This document shows positions 10,911 to 20,400 of a stretch of DNA of 64,000 bases, one piece after another (the stretch's first letter is position 1; every line of letters starts with the position of its first letter). Below the pieces are notes generated by a model that worked only from the letters and a program-made list of their open reading frames with translations, was not told the origin of the DNA and searched no databases. This DNA is from Candidatus Omnitrophota bacterium (GTDB lineage: Bacteria > Omnitrophota > Gorgyraeia > Zapsychrales > JANLHA01). Where the stretch lies: positions 290,509 through 354,508 of the forward strand of contig JAKLFA010000003.1 in the NCBI GenBank assembly GCA_022711395.1, read 5' to 3'. A program made the position numbers and the translations under genes.

Positions 10911-11177
10911 TCAAAAACTATCCCAATCGATATTGTTGATCGTTTGATTAAGCTCATCAAGCCATTTGTGACAGAATTTGCAAATGTGCGCTTCTTGCAG
11001 GATTTTTTCACCGCAAAAAATGCAGGGTTTTTTGTCAATGCTGGGGTAAGGGACATCTAGAAGGTCATCAATGATGAATTGATTGCAGTGGTGGCAGCGG
11101 TTGGTGTGTTCGTCGAGATGTTCGTAACAGTAGGGACATTTGAGCATAACGGACTCCTGGAATGAGCGTATAATCAA
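10911..11177 (-). CDS. small double zinc-ribbon protein
   Basis: 88 aa with two CxxC...CxxC pairs (CPYC..CHHC; CIFC..CKFC). It is convergent with DUF192, and the two stop codons abut. Confidence 0.45.
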   Translation of the reverse strand: MIIRSFQESVMLKCPYCYEHLDEHTNRCHHCNQFIIDDLLDVPYPSIDKKPCIFCGEKILQEAHICKFCHKWLDELNQTINNIDWDSF

Positions 11178-11216
11178 AGTATATCACGGCAAATAATGCC
11201 ACAAAATGGAAATTTT

Positions 11217-11292
11217 CAAATGTTTTATTTTGGACATTTGTGTTTGTAAGTTCTTTTATGGCTATGATATAATTAAACGTTCAAATGTCCAA
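11217..11292. promoter_or_regulatory. promoter/operator region of the HTH-protein gene. Palindrome CAAATGT-N10-ACATTTG plus a direct CAAATGTCCA copy and an extended -10 (TGaTATAAT)
   Basis: caaatgt at 11217-23 and acatttg at 11234-40 are reverse complements. tggacatttg at 11231-40 and caaatgtcca at 11282-91 are reverse complements of each other. tgatataat at 11263-71. Confidence 0.4.
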
Positions 11293-11303
11293 AAAGGAAT
11301 CTT

Positions 11304-12986
11304 ATGGGAGTTGTTCACAAACTCACGCAGGAAATCATCGATTTTATTCTTTCGCAGAAGAAAGAAAGCCCTTCTCTGAGTTGCCGGTCCATGACTAGAC
11401 TGGTTTCTGAACGATTCGGAATGGACGTTTCTAAATCTTCTATTAATAACTTGTTGAAAGAAGAACGCTTAAGCAGCCCTGTTGGGCGCAGATCCGCATC
11501 CTTACGTACGAATAAAAAGCAGTTTAAAATTCCAGAAACAAAAAGAAGCCAGATCCAGCTTGATCTTGCGTCCAGCTTTGTTCAACAATCAGCCATTGAT
11601 GGGCCTGAAGAGAAAAACAAGGCAGAAAAGCAGGCGGATCTTTTAGATGGCGCCGGGGTTATTTTCTTAAGGGCTGCGGAGTGCGACTTGACCAGGGGGC
11701 CTGTTCTTGGGGAGATCCTCGATTGTGGCGATGAAGAGGAGAGGGCGTTTGTCAAGATTTTGAGCCTTCTTCATGGGTTTAATTTAGACTCTTTTGAAAA
11801 AATCCGTCAATATTCTGGAAAAGGGATGTGGAGTTTGGCGAATTTTCATCAAATGGGAGAAAGGTCCTTTGCGCAATGGCTTGAAAAAGGTAAAGACTGG
11901 AAACAGGCTTTGCTCAAATTTTCTGTAAAATCTCCAGCTTTTTTTACAAAAGTTTCATATTTTAAGCTTTATTTAGAAGATAAAAGCGTGTTATATTTGG
12001 ATGCGCAGGCTGGGGCTGTTTGGTCAGAAAATGTCCAATCTGGACTATATGCTTCACTAGCCCAATCAACAGAAGTTCTTGCCCGGCAAATATTAAGCAA
12101 TGTCCAATCTGTGGTTTTGTGTGGAATGTGTCCCAAAAAACAAGGACAAAAGACAACATCTGCTTTATATTTTCAAAATTTTATTGAATCTTTTGAAGGT
12201 ATACACGGAAAAAAAATCGTGGCGATCGGGTTAATTGATGAGCAAGGCCGAGAATTGGCCCAGTTCAAATCGGACTTGAATATCCGCAGAGAGTTTATTG
12301 CGGGGGTTTGGCCTTGGCAAATCGAATTTCAGGGGCTGATGGAGTCAAAGCGGGAAATCGCCACAGGAAAATTGGCGATGAGCGATTTAACATCGGAGAT
12401 CCATTTTAAAGAAATAAAAGCTTCAAATCTTTTTGGCGATGGGACCACGTTTAAAACGTTGCGCGGGTTTTTACTTTATGAGCCGTTTAATAATATTCCT
12501 TTTGCCGGGCTGCTTTCCAACCTTGATCCGCAGCAAGAAGCACAACGAGTCGTTGCGGCTTATGTAAGAAGGTGGCCGTATCTGACCCAGGGGGCTGTTT
12601 ATCAAAGAATATCGTCGGGAGAAGCAAAAACGTTGCTGGGATCGGACAAGGGGGGGGCGGATACGCTTTGGGAAGGGCTTACCGAAAAAGGAGAGGCCTT
12701 TTCGGCCTTTGATCTGACTCGCAGTGTGGGTGAAATGTTAAATCGATACGTCCAATGCCGGTTTTTTCCCGCACAGTATCATGAAGCGGATTTTTACACC
12801 ATGCACAATCGTTTTTACCGGTTATCGGGGTCTTTGGTGGAAAACAAGCAGGAATATTGTGTTGTTTTGGATGTCTCTTCGGAAAACTTGGCCTATAAAG
12901 AGGACCTTATTTTTGCTGTCCGGGCGGTTAACGAAGCATCGATACAGATGTCCCACCATAAGCCTATAAAGATATTATTAAAATAG
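11304..12986 (+). CDS. hypothetical protein with N-terminal helix-turn-helix; possible regulator
   Basis: 560 aa. The N-terminus (IIDFILSQKK...SMTRLVSERFGMDVSKSSINNLLKE) resembles HTH_23/28-type DNA-binding motifs. The rest is unrecognised. SD aaaaaggaa. Confidence 0.6.
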   Translation: MGVVHKLTQEIIDFILSQKKESPSLSCRSMTRLVSERFGMDVSKSSINNLLKEERLSSPVGRRSASLRTNKKQFKIPETKRSQIQLDLASSFVQQSAIDGPEEKNKAEKQADLLDGAGVIFLRAAECDLTRGPVLGEILDCGDEEERAFVKILSLLHGFNLDSFEKIRQYSGKGMWSLANFHQMGERSFAQWLEKGKDWKQALLKFSVKSPAFFTKVSYFKLYLEDKSVLYLDAQAGAVWSENVQSGLYASLAQSTEVLARQILSNVQSVVLCGMCPKKQGQKTTSALYFQNFIESFEGIHGKKIVAIGLIDEQGRELAQFKSDLNIRREFIAGVWPWQIEFQGLMESKREIATGKLAMSDLTSEIHFKEIKASNLFGDGTTFKTLRGFLLYEPFNNIPFAGLLSNLDPQQEAQRVVAAYVRRWPYLTQGAVYQRISSGEAKTLLGSDKGGADTLWEGLTEKGEAFSAFDLTRSVGEMLNRYVQCRFFPAQYHEADFYTMHNRFYRLSGSLVENKQEYCVVLDVSSENLAYKEDLIFAVRAVNEASIQMSHHKPIKILLK

Positions 12987-12998
12987 TAAGACTTCAGG

Positions 12999-13028
12999 TT
13001 GACATTAATTTTATATTCATGTTATACT
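12999..13028 (+). promoter_or_regulatory. sigma70-like promoter upstream of the pilin array (TTGACA-18-TATACT)
   Basis: ttgaca at 12999-13004 and tatact at 13023-28. The same hexamer pair and the same tgttatact context recur at 24482-24508. Confidence 0.45.
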
Positions 13029-13226
13029 CTGGATATCAACAATTGATCTTTGTCTAATTCTCTGCCTAAGGTAGAGATTTTTCCGCGTAATACTTTGAGA
13101 TACAAGTATTTGCGGAGGCCGTGAAGAGCGGCCATATATGCCCACTCGGTTTTCTGCTTTAAGTTGCAAAAAGCGGGCAACGGTTCACCTGTAACACATA
13201 AGAAACAGGCGCGGAGAGGCTTGAAC

Positions 13227-13367
13227 ATGGTTTCAAAAATGGGACAAAGTTTAGTTGAATATGCCATCGTCGTGTCCATTGTGGCGGCCGCCATGGTTGC
13301 CATGAGTACTTATGTGTTCCGTTCGGTGCAGGCAACGCAACAGGCGATCCATGAGGAATTCCGATAA
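13227..13367 (+). CDS. flp: Flp-family pilin 1
   Basis: Class-III prepilin signal KMG|QSLVEYAIVVSIVAAAMVAM, with Glu at +5 of the mature peptide. SD ggagagg lies 8 nt upstream. The longer 13164 start is less likely. Confidence 0.75.
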   Translation: MVSKMGQSLVEYAIVVSIVAAAMVAMSTYVFRSVQATQQAIHEEFR

Positions 13368-13401
13368 AACTAAAAGAAGCAAACTTTAAGGAGGATTTAG
13401 T

Positions 13402-13596
13402 ATGTTTAAAAATAAACTCTTGAAGCGCCGCGGGCAAAGCACATTGGAATATATCGTGTTGGTTACAGCGATCATTGTTGTTTTGCTCATCTTCTTGAAT
13501 CCGAGCACGGGTAGATTTTCTACCTATTTGAACAGGGCCCTGGATTCAGCAGGCCAAGGCATGAATTTAATGTCTTGCCGTGTTTTTGCCAAGTAA
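13402..13596 (+). CDS. flp: Flp-family pilin 2
   Basis: KRRG|QSTLEYIVLVTAIIVVLLIF. SD aaggagg. Confidence 0.75.
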   Translation: MFKNKLLKRRGQSTLEYIVLVTAIIVVLLIFLNPSTGRFSTYLNRALDSAGQGMNLMSCRVFAK

Positions 13597-13610
13597 ATTT
13601 GTTATGGCAC

Positions 13611-13633
13611 GGCACGCCTTGGGCGTGTTTTTG
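13611..13633 (+). terminator. putative intrinsic terminator after pilin 2
   Basis: cacgcc-ttg-ggcgtg hairpin followed by TTTTTGG. Short stem, moderate confidence. Confidence 0.35.
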
Positions 13634-13670
13634 GCTCATAATGAATCTAAACGTTTAAGGAGGAAAAAAC

Positions 13671-14048
13671 ATGTTACAAACAATTTTAAAAAATAAAAGA
13701 GCGCAGCAGACCGCAGAATATGCTCTTTTGATCTCTTTGGTCGTTGCTGCTGTGGTTGCGATGCAAACCTATGCACAGCGCGCTCTGCAGGGACGCATCC
13801 GTCAAGGTGCGATTTACATGAAAAATCAAACGGATACTAAGTTTGATCCCACCGGTGCAGCCAGCACAAAGCTACAGTATGCGCCGTATTATTTGACATC
13901 AGAGTACCAGGTTACGAAAGATGAAAATACGGATGACTTTTATTCTAAGTCAAAAGGGTTTGGGATCGATCAGATTTCAAACACGACCAGAGACGCTGGC
14001 GGGTTTAAGGAAGAAAACTTCAACACCGGCGATACGTCAAATTGGTAA
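13671..14048 (+). CDS. Flp-like pilin paralog 3 (extended, 125 aa)
   Basis: KRA|QQTAEYALLISLVVAAVVAM, then the family motif QRALQGRIRQGA. SD aaggagg. Confidence 0.65.
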   Translation: MLQTILKNKRAQQTAEYALLISLVVAAVVAMQTYAQRALQGRIRQGAIYMKNQTDTKFDPTGAASTKLQYAPYYLTSEYQVTKDENTDDFYSKSKGFGIDQISNTTRDAGGFKEENFNTGDTSNW

Positions 14049-14087
14049 TATTAACCAAAGAGCTGAATTTTTTAAGGAGGATAAATT

Positions 14088-14411
14088 ATGTTTAAACGAT
14101 TAAGAAAAAGACGCGCGCAAAGCACCTTGGAATACGCGGTGTTGATTGTTATCGTCATCGGCGCGCTTTTGACTATTCAAACATATGTCAAACGCGGTAT
14201 CCAAGGCCGTTTGCGGCAAGCATCTGACGATATCGGCGATCAGTTTGATGTTGATATCAATATGAGCCGCAAGACGAAATTCCATTCCAAGACCAACGAA
14301 ATTTACAATGTTGGGACTTTGAACAGCGTCTTGATCGACAAAGAAACAACAAACGTTGTTTATAACGTGATCTTTACTGGAAACATGGATTACACATATT
14401 GGGGCAAGTAA
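14088..14411 (+). CDS. Flp-like pilin paralog 4 (107 aa)
   Basis: KRRA|QSTLEYAVLIVIVIGALL, then KRGIQGRLRQASDDIGDQFD. SD aaggagg. Confidence 0.7.
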   Translation: MFKRLRKRRAQSTLEYAVLIVIVIGALLTIQTYVKRGIQGRLRQASDDIGDQFDVDINMSRKTKFHSKTNEIYNVGTLNSVLIDKETTNVVYNVIFTGNMDYTYWGK

Positions 14412-14438
14412 TCCCTATATGTTAATTTGCAGCAACAA

Positions 14439-14487
14439 CAGGCTTACTCGGTCAGCCCGAAATCGGGTCGGGTAAGCCTGTTTTTTT
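14439..14487 (+). terminator. strong intrinsic terminator inside the pilin array
   Basis: caggcttac ... gtaagcctg stem with a nested cccgaaatcggg hairpin, followed by TTTTTTT (14481-87). Confidence 0.7.
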
Positions 14488-14521
14488 CCACAGCATCCAA
14501 GGACGTCAGGGGGCTGGAGTC

Positions 14522-14911
14522 ATGTTCAGGCGCAGTAAAAAACAATATGCACAAGCCGGAGTCGACTACGTTCTCATCTTTTTTTTGGTGACAGCCGCCG
14601 TACTTGCCATGTCTACTTACGTTAACAGGGCCATCCATGGCCGCCATCTTATGGTTCGCGGGTTTATGTATGATCAGGTCAATGCTGTTTTTCGAGACAC
14701 CACATTAAATCTATACGGAAATTTTGTTCGGGGTTACGACCCGTATTATTTAAAAGTGGAAAATGAACGCCGGCAGGATTCTGTGATCGTGGACACGTTG
14801 CAGGCCGGGGTTTATGGTGGGACGGTCCCTATAGCGAAGAAAGAATATTTGAACTATGAAACAGGAGCGGACTCTTTTTCTAACCAGCTTCCGCCAAAGT
14901 TTGCCAATTAA
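14522..14911 (+). CDS. Flp-like pilin paralog 5 (129 aa)
   Basis: KQYA|QAGVDYVLIFFLVTAAVLAM, then NRAIHGRHL. Confidence 0.6.
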   Translation: MFRRSKKQYAQAGVDYVLIFFLVTAAVLAMSTYVNRAIHGRHLMVRGFMYDQVNAVFRDTTLNLYGNFVRGYDPYYLKVENERRQDSVIVDTLQAGVYGGTVPIAKKEYLNYETGADSFSNQLPPKFAN

Positions 14912-14915
14912 GCTT

Positions 14916-15263
14916 ATGGAATATAAAGAATTAAAATATAAAGAAAGACAGAAGGCGCAGACATTTCTGGAGTATGTTTTGTTGTTCAGCATAGTTGTCG
15001 GGATCGTAATAGCGCTTTCTCCTTTGATGAAACGAGGGATACAGGCGACGGTGAAATCTGTGGCGGACCAGATCGGGCTTCAACAGTGCGCTGAACAGAA
15101 GGGCGGAGAGGACGGGAAAATTGATTTGGTTGATACGCGGGCGGACGTCAGAAAGAAAAAAACACGCATCGAGAGAGTGGGGAATTTAATGTATCAATAT
15201 GATGACGCGACGATTGTGGCGTCGCAACAGCTCACAAATTCGGGGTTTACCAAAGAATATTGA
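14916..15263 (+). CDS. Flp-like pilin paralog 6
   Basis: Internal ATG after the previous stop. QKA|QTFLEYVLLFSIVVGIVIAL, then KRGIQATVKS. Confidence 0.6.
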   Translation: MEYKELKYKERQKAQTFLEYVLLFSIVVGIVIALSPLMKRGIQATVKSVADQIGLQQCAEQKGGEDGKIDLVDTRADVRKKKTRIERVGNLMYQYDDATIVASQQLTNSGFTKEY

Positions 15264-15274
15264 AGGAAAAGGCT

Positions 15275-15589
15275 ATGCTATCTCGAAAAGGACAGTCTGT
15301 GTTAGAGCAATCCATGATCTGGGTTATCATTATGGCGGCGATCCTGACCATCGGGGTTTATTTTAAGCGGGGCATACAAGGACGATGGAGGGCCGCTATC
15401 GACGATGTGGGCGATCAGTATGATCCGTATATGGCGGATACGAACCTTGTTTTTGGCGATCGCGCCAACGTGTTCACCAAGATCTTGACCATGGAAGACG
15501 GAAGCGGGTATTGGACGTTAAGGGAAGATTATACCAATTCTACAAGCACTAAAACGGGCTATGAATCTTTTGGTTCTTTTATACCGTAA
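15275..15589 (+). CDS. Flp-like pilin paralog 7
   Basis: RKG|QSVLEQSMIWVIIMAAILTIGV, then KRGIQGRWRAAIDDVGDQYD. SD aaggaaaagg. Confidence 0.6.
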   Translation: MLSRKGQSVLEQSMIWVIIMAAILTIGVYFKRGIQGRWRAAIDDVGDQYDPYMADTNLVFGDRANVFTKILTMEDGSGYWTLREDYTNSTSTKTGYESFGSFIP

Positions 15590-15594
15590 GGCGC

Positions 15595-17172
15595 ATGGCG
15601 AGCATTATGAAAAAAAGATCTTTTTTTAAAACCCGATGGTTATCCGCTCAATCAGCCGCGGAGTTGGCGGTCTTTGGGGCTGTTGTCATGTTCGTGATCG
15701 CCAGCCTTATTAAAGTGGGCCTGAGCATGTCCCAAAGAACGAATAATCAGCTGCGCGCGTTCCGTTTAGCACTCCTGGAATCTTATCGGACCTCGGAGGG
15801 GCGATACGGCGACATCATTGCAGCGCGTAATTCAGCCAGCATCATGATCCTGGAGGACCGGCTCACTGTTGAGCCTGGCAGCAAACAGGGCACGAGCAAT
15901 CGCTTGCCATTCTTGGCCCAGGGGTCAGGCACGTTCAGCAAGAACATGTTATACCCTAAGGACATGGGCGAAAAAAGCAATTTCCCTTTTTATGATGTAT
16001 TTATCAACGGCCAACGGTTCCCTCTTATTATGGCTGATTTTATTTATTTGAATATTTCCGTTGCCGGCCAGGTAAGGATCCAGCGGCGCAGGGAAGGCCA
16101 GGCCTTTGGGTCGTCAGATCTTAATCCGGTTGTTTTGCCGCCGTGCAATACGGTTACGCCGCGGGCATGCTGGAACACGGGCGGCGGATTTGCGGTCTTT
16201 ATGCGTAAAAATTATAATTATCCGGCAAATGAACATTGGTGTTCCGGGACAGGAGGAGGCTCTTGCCCGAATCTTCCAGCCAAATGGAGGTTCGACCTGG
16301 ACCTTGACGGGGATTTAACGGATGTTGGCAATGGATATGTTCCGGAAAATTATACGTTAGATGCAGCCAATTCCGTAGAATTAAGAGATGAATTCATGTG
16401 GCAGTGGATCGCTGTGGCGGCTTATCCGGTCCCGGAAGAAGGAACCCCCCCGACGGTTTCAGTAACGTTTAGAGATGAAGCGGGAAGTCCGTTCACGGTC
16501 AACGGCGTGCTCGCCCTTCAGGTTGGGGAACGGGCGGATGTGGATAGCGATTTTCAGGATGAGACCGTGCATACGTTATCTTATGCCGGGGCCGCGGCAG
16601 GCGTTTTGTTGCCGACATCTTTTTTGGTGATGGATTCTCAAGAAGGCGAGATCGATTTTTCCTGGGACAACAGAAGCGACGAGCAGCTTAAGGATTTGGT
16701 CGCCTGGTGGACGGCTCATTGCACGACCGTTCCTTTGCCGGCCGGTTGTTCCGCAACTCAGCCGGTCAAGCCGGAGGTCGGCCTGCAGAAAGACGTGCGG
16801 ATGTATTCTTTCACGAAAGACGGCACGTATTTGAGGTTAGAGGAAGGGAAGCTGGTCATCCCGTCAACGAATCAGGTTGTCCGCAGCACGACCAAAAGGG
16901 ACCATGTGGATATCATTGAAAGAATTTTTTTGTTAAGCAATGACACGGACCGTTTTTGCGATGAAAGCGGCAGCCGTCGCGTCTGGGGAGGATCGACCTG
17001 GGCTTATAATAATGGAGTTTTCGGGCTTCCCAATCCGGTCGAGGCCTGCAATAATTGTTTTTCGGCGGAGAACGTGCAGAATACCTGTTTTGATGAATCG
17101 AGCAAAATTTTATATATCCGCAGCCGCTTGGACGATGTGCGCGGCCGAAAGTGGCAGACGATCTACAAGTAG
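15595..17172 (+). CDS. large TadE/TadG-like pseudopilin (525 aa)
   Basis: N-terminus SA|QSAAELAVFGAVVMFVIASL (Glu at +5), followed by a long Cys-containing periplasmic domain. Confidence 0.6.
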   Translation: MASIMKKRSFFKTRWLSAQSAAELAVFGAVVMFVIASLIKVGLSMSQRTNNQLRAFRLALLESYRTSEGRYGDIIAARNSASIMILEDRLTVEPGSKQGTSNRLPFLAQGSGTFSKNMLYPKDMGEKSNFPFYDVFINGQRFPLIMADFIYLNISVAGQVRIQRRREGQAFGSSDLNPVVLPPCNTVTPRACWNTGGGFAVFMRKNYNYPANEHWCSGTGGGSCPNLPAKWRFDLDLDGDLTDVGNGYVPENYTLDAANSVELRDEFMWQWIAVAAYPVPEEGTPPTVSVTFRDEAGSPFTVNGVLALQVGERADVDSDFQDETVHTLSYAGAAAGVLLPTSFLVMDSQEGEIDFSWDNRSDEQLKDLVAWWTAHCTTVPLPAGCSATQPVKPEVGLQKDVRMYSFTKDGTYLRLEEGKLVIPSTNQVVRSTTKRDHVDIIERIFLLSNDTDRFCDESGSRRVWGGSTWAYNNGVFGLPNPVEACNNCFSAENVQNTCFDESSKILYIRSRLDDVRGRKWQTIYK

Positions 17173-17182
17173 GAAGACGGTT

Positions 17183-17440
17183 ATGAGATCAAAAAGAGCG
17201 CAGGTAACGCTTGAATTCACAATGGCGATGATGGCGACGATCTTGCTGTTTGCCGGAATGATACGGGTGTTTTTATGGATCGGAAAAAGCATGATCGAAC
17301 AACGCAAGGCCCACGAGAGGGTTTTGATGACCGATTATAGCTCGGCTGGCGTGGCGGGCCCGCTGTATCAGCTTAAAGAGGATTTTTATACGCCGGCAAC
17401 GTTTGATGCTGCGGTCAGCAGCGATCTGTTTAAACATTAA
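17183..17440 (+). CDS. TadE-like pseudopilin (86 aa)
   Basis: KRA|QVTLEFTMAMMATILLFAGM. SD aggaag. Confidence 0.6.
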   Translation: MRSKRAQVTLEFTMAMMATILLFAGMIRVFLWIGKSMIEQRKAHERVLMTDYSSAGVAGPLYQLKEDFYTPATFDAAVSSDLFKH

Positions 17441-17464
17441 AGGACCGACCATAAAGGAATAAGC

Positions 17465-20400
17465 GTGATTCGATTCTTGCGAGAAACAATGTTCCATTCC
17501 ATCCGGAAAGCGTCTTTCAGACAAGGAGCTTCATCACTCCGTTCACAGTCAGGGCAGATCGGGATCATCCTGATCCTGCTGGCCGCTTTTGGGTTGTTGT
17601 TCTATGCGATCACGTTGAATTTTAACCGGGCCTCTGACTTAAAGACCCGGACCCTGATGGCGGCCGAAGCGTCTTCCGCGCTCACGGCGTCTTATTTGGC
17701 CGGAACGGCGGAAAAATTATCCCAGGAACATTTAAAAGGAGAAGCGGGATATTGCGATTCGTCAAGCTGGTTGGAGGCGGTATTTAAGATCATCCTGCTG
17801 TCGATCGTCATTGTTATCGCCATCATCATTAATATTATTCCAGGAGTTGGTTCGCTTGTCAGCGCGCTTTTGTGGGCAGTCGTTGTCGGCGCTATTTTGG
17901 CCATTGTGTTTACGACGATTTCCATTATTTTGCAGATCACCGTGGTTCAGCCCGGGATCACGTCCATGTGGAACGAAATGATGGCCAAGACCTTTAAGGA
18001 GATCGAGGACCAGGTCATTGAGCAGGGCATCCAGATCGCTATTCAGAAACTGGTCGATGACCCGATCGAGCTTCCTGACACACTGGATTTTGACAATGAC
18101 GGTGTTTATGTTGTTGTGAATGGCGGTGAGATCCAGGATGATGAAATTGTGGATTCATACGCGCGGTTCGCGCATTACAATACCCGCCGGCTGCAGGGGG
18201 TCGTGGGAACCCCGTCTTATTATGTGGATGAATTTTTGGCCCGCCTGGAAGACCTTGTTTATTTAATTCCGGGAGGGCCTTCGCCTACGGCTCCGGATTT
18301 GTGGGGGTTTGTGGATGGGCAGACCTTTATACCACCGATCGGAACATGCACGAACGATGCGTCTGTCTGCAATCCGTGCTGTTTTCCCGTGGCCGCGGCT
18401 TGTTGCGGCAGCTGTTCTGGCGATACACGCTGCACGGCCGGACTGCCTCCAGCGGATGTCCCGCCCTGTTGCGCTGTTGCGGCCTGCACGACAGAGGCGG
18501 ATCAGGCGACATGCGCGACGTCAAGGCCATCGTATTGCGGGGCGGAATATCCAGCCAAATGTTATCAGCGGAGCTTTTTGTATGAAGATGGTGACGCGAA
18601 TGACACTACGATCGAGGCATCGCGGGGATTACCGTTCATTTTTGATCCGTTCTATGAAGGGGCTGTTAACAATACAATGCACGCTGCTGGAGGCGCTGTT
18701 CGGATGATCTCATTCAGGGAATGGGTCGGCAGGGATGATGTGTCTGATGCGTATTATGTTGATCCCGAACCCAACGATTCAGTCAGGTGGCATTCGCTGC
18801 ACGCGGCGGCGATCGCGGACAACCGTCAAAAGATCGAAGACGGAGTGGCGACGGCAGCGTTAGCGTTTACGAACAGATTCGTTCTTTCTTTGCAGGACCG
18901 CTTCCGGGCCCAGGACGCCAGTGGGTTTTATATTTCACGGGGTGACGATCAGGTCGGTGTTTTTCCGCTATTCTATCGAATGAGGGACCAATTGGAATTT
19001 CCGACTTCTTTTCCGGGTGCGCATCATTTAGGGTGTTTGTGGTGGAATATTGCGGACCAGGCGTGCAATTACCGCACACTGTTCCGTCCTGTGGACCAGT
19101 TCACTCTTCCGTATTTGATCACCGCGGTCATTCAATACGGCGGACAAACGCTCACGGACAGTCTGGGCACGCCGCTTCGTTACGCGGATTATGCGGGAGA
19201 GCACGCCTTCATCGATATGGGATTTTATAACGCGCCCGATCGGGTGCGAAAAGGAGCCATCAACAGGCTGTTTGCCGCTGATGCTGTCTGTGCTGAAGTT
19301 GCGGCCAGGCCGACAGTGACCATGGCTGCTGTATCAGCATCGCAGAACGCCCGGACAAATATTAATTTTCCCGGGATTAAACAAGGAGCGGATTTCTATT
19401 GTTCGGCCAATTATCCGTATGATGTTGGGTGTTTAAAGCACGGAACGGGTGGATGCACCAGAACGCTTTGGTTTGAACGGATCAACGATGCGACAGGGGC
19501 CAAGGAAATGTATAGCCAGGTGTTTCCGGTGGACTGCGCTTGCGGAGAAGCCGGGTCAGCGCCTGCCGATAAGTGGCCGGATGATTTTCTGGACGCGTTC
19601 CATAAAAAGATCACGGAACTTAAGCTTTTGACCGCGGAATTGAGCGGCCTGAAGATGCGCGGGCTTTTGGTCTCGACATTTTCTGATTGGTATTTAAAGA
19701 TTGCGGACTGGATCGAGCCGGCCTATAACAAGGCCGCCTGTACCGCTAACAGCGCAAGCGTCGCGTGCAAAGAAACGGTGACGCGTAAGGAGCGCTGGGG
19801 CTACCTGTGGTCATTTCGAGAGCATTTTAGAGAGATCGCGCTTATTTTAAATGACTGGTTGAATGACCGGGACGAAGCAGGCGCGACGATGTCTTATCAG
19901 GCAGCCAATTGTTTTGATGCGTGGTGTTTACCCAACCCGGGCTGCACGATGCTGAGCGCCGAAGAGCGGCTGGGATATGATAATAACGGCGACAATCTTT
20001 ATAATGCCAATGATAACGGGCTTACAGCTGTTATAAAATGTATGGATTGGGCGTCAACCGCTGTGACGAACGACCTTACGTATTCTGCAGCGGTCCCGCC
20101 TCCGCGAAACAACAATCCGCAGCTTTTAAAGGACGCCAGCGGCAATAATTATGTGGGGATCAAAGGGAAATACCAGGCGTGTCTCGAGAACTGCGGCACG
20201 CAATATTGCGATGATCTTCCGCGGCCGTTCGTTCCATCGTATGAGGTCGATAAATCGATCACTGCCGGAGCGGACTGGAGGATATTATCAACGCCAACGA
20301 TCCCCGCGGCGGCCGGGGACGCTGTTTATTTGGGCACGTATAAAAAGTGCCTGCGTTCATTGACGGTCGCTCAGTGCACGGCCAACACGGCCGCGATCGA

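Noticed and set aside
13164-13226. Longer N-terminal extension of pilin 1 (MQKAGNGSPVTHKKQARRGLN...)
   Set aside because: The internal ATG at 13227 has a well-spaced GGAGAGG SD, and it gives a leader length typical of Flp prepilins. The extension is likely untranslated.
13022-13437. Two overlapping - strand ORFs (93 and 92 aa) across the first pilin genes, and 21835-22338 (-) across flp-8
   Set aside because: The + strand pilin genes have class-III leaders and strong SDs. The minus frames are artefacts.
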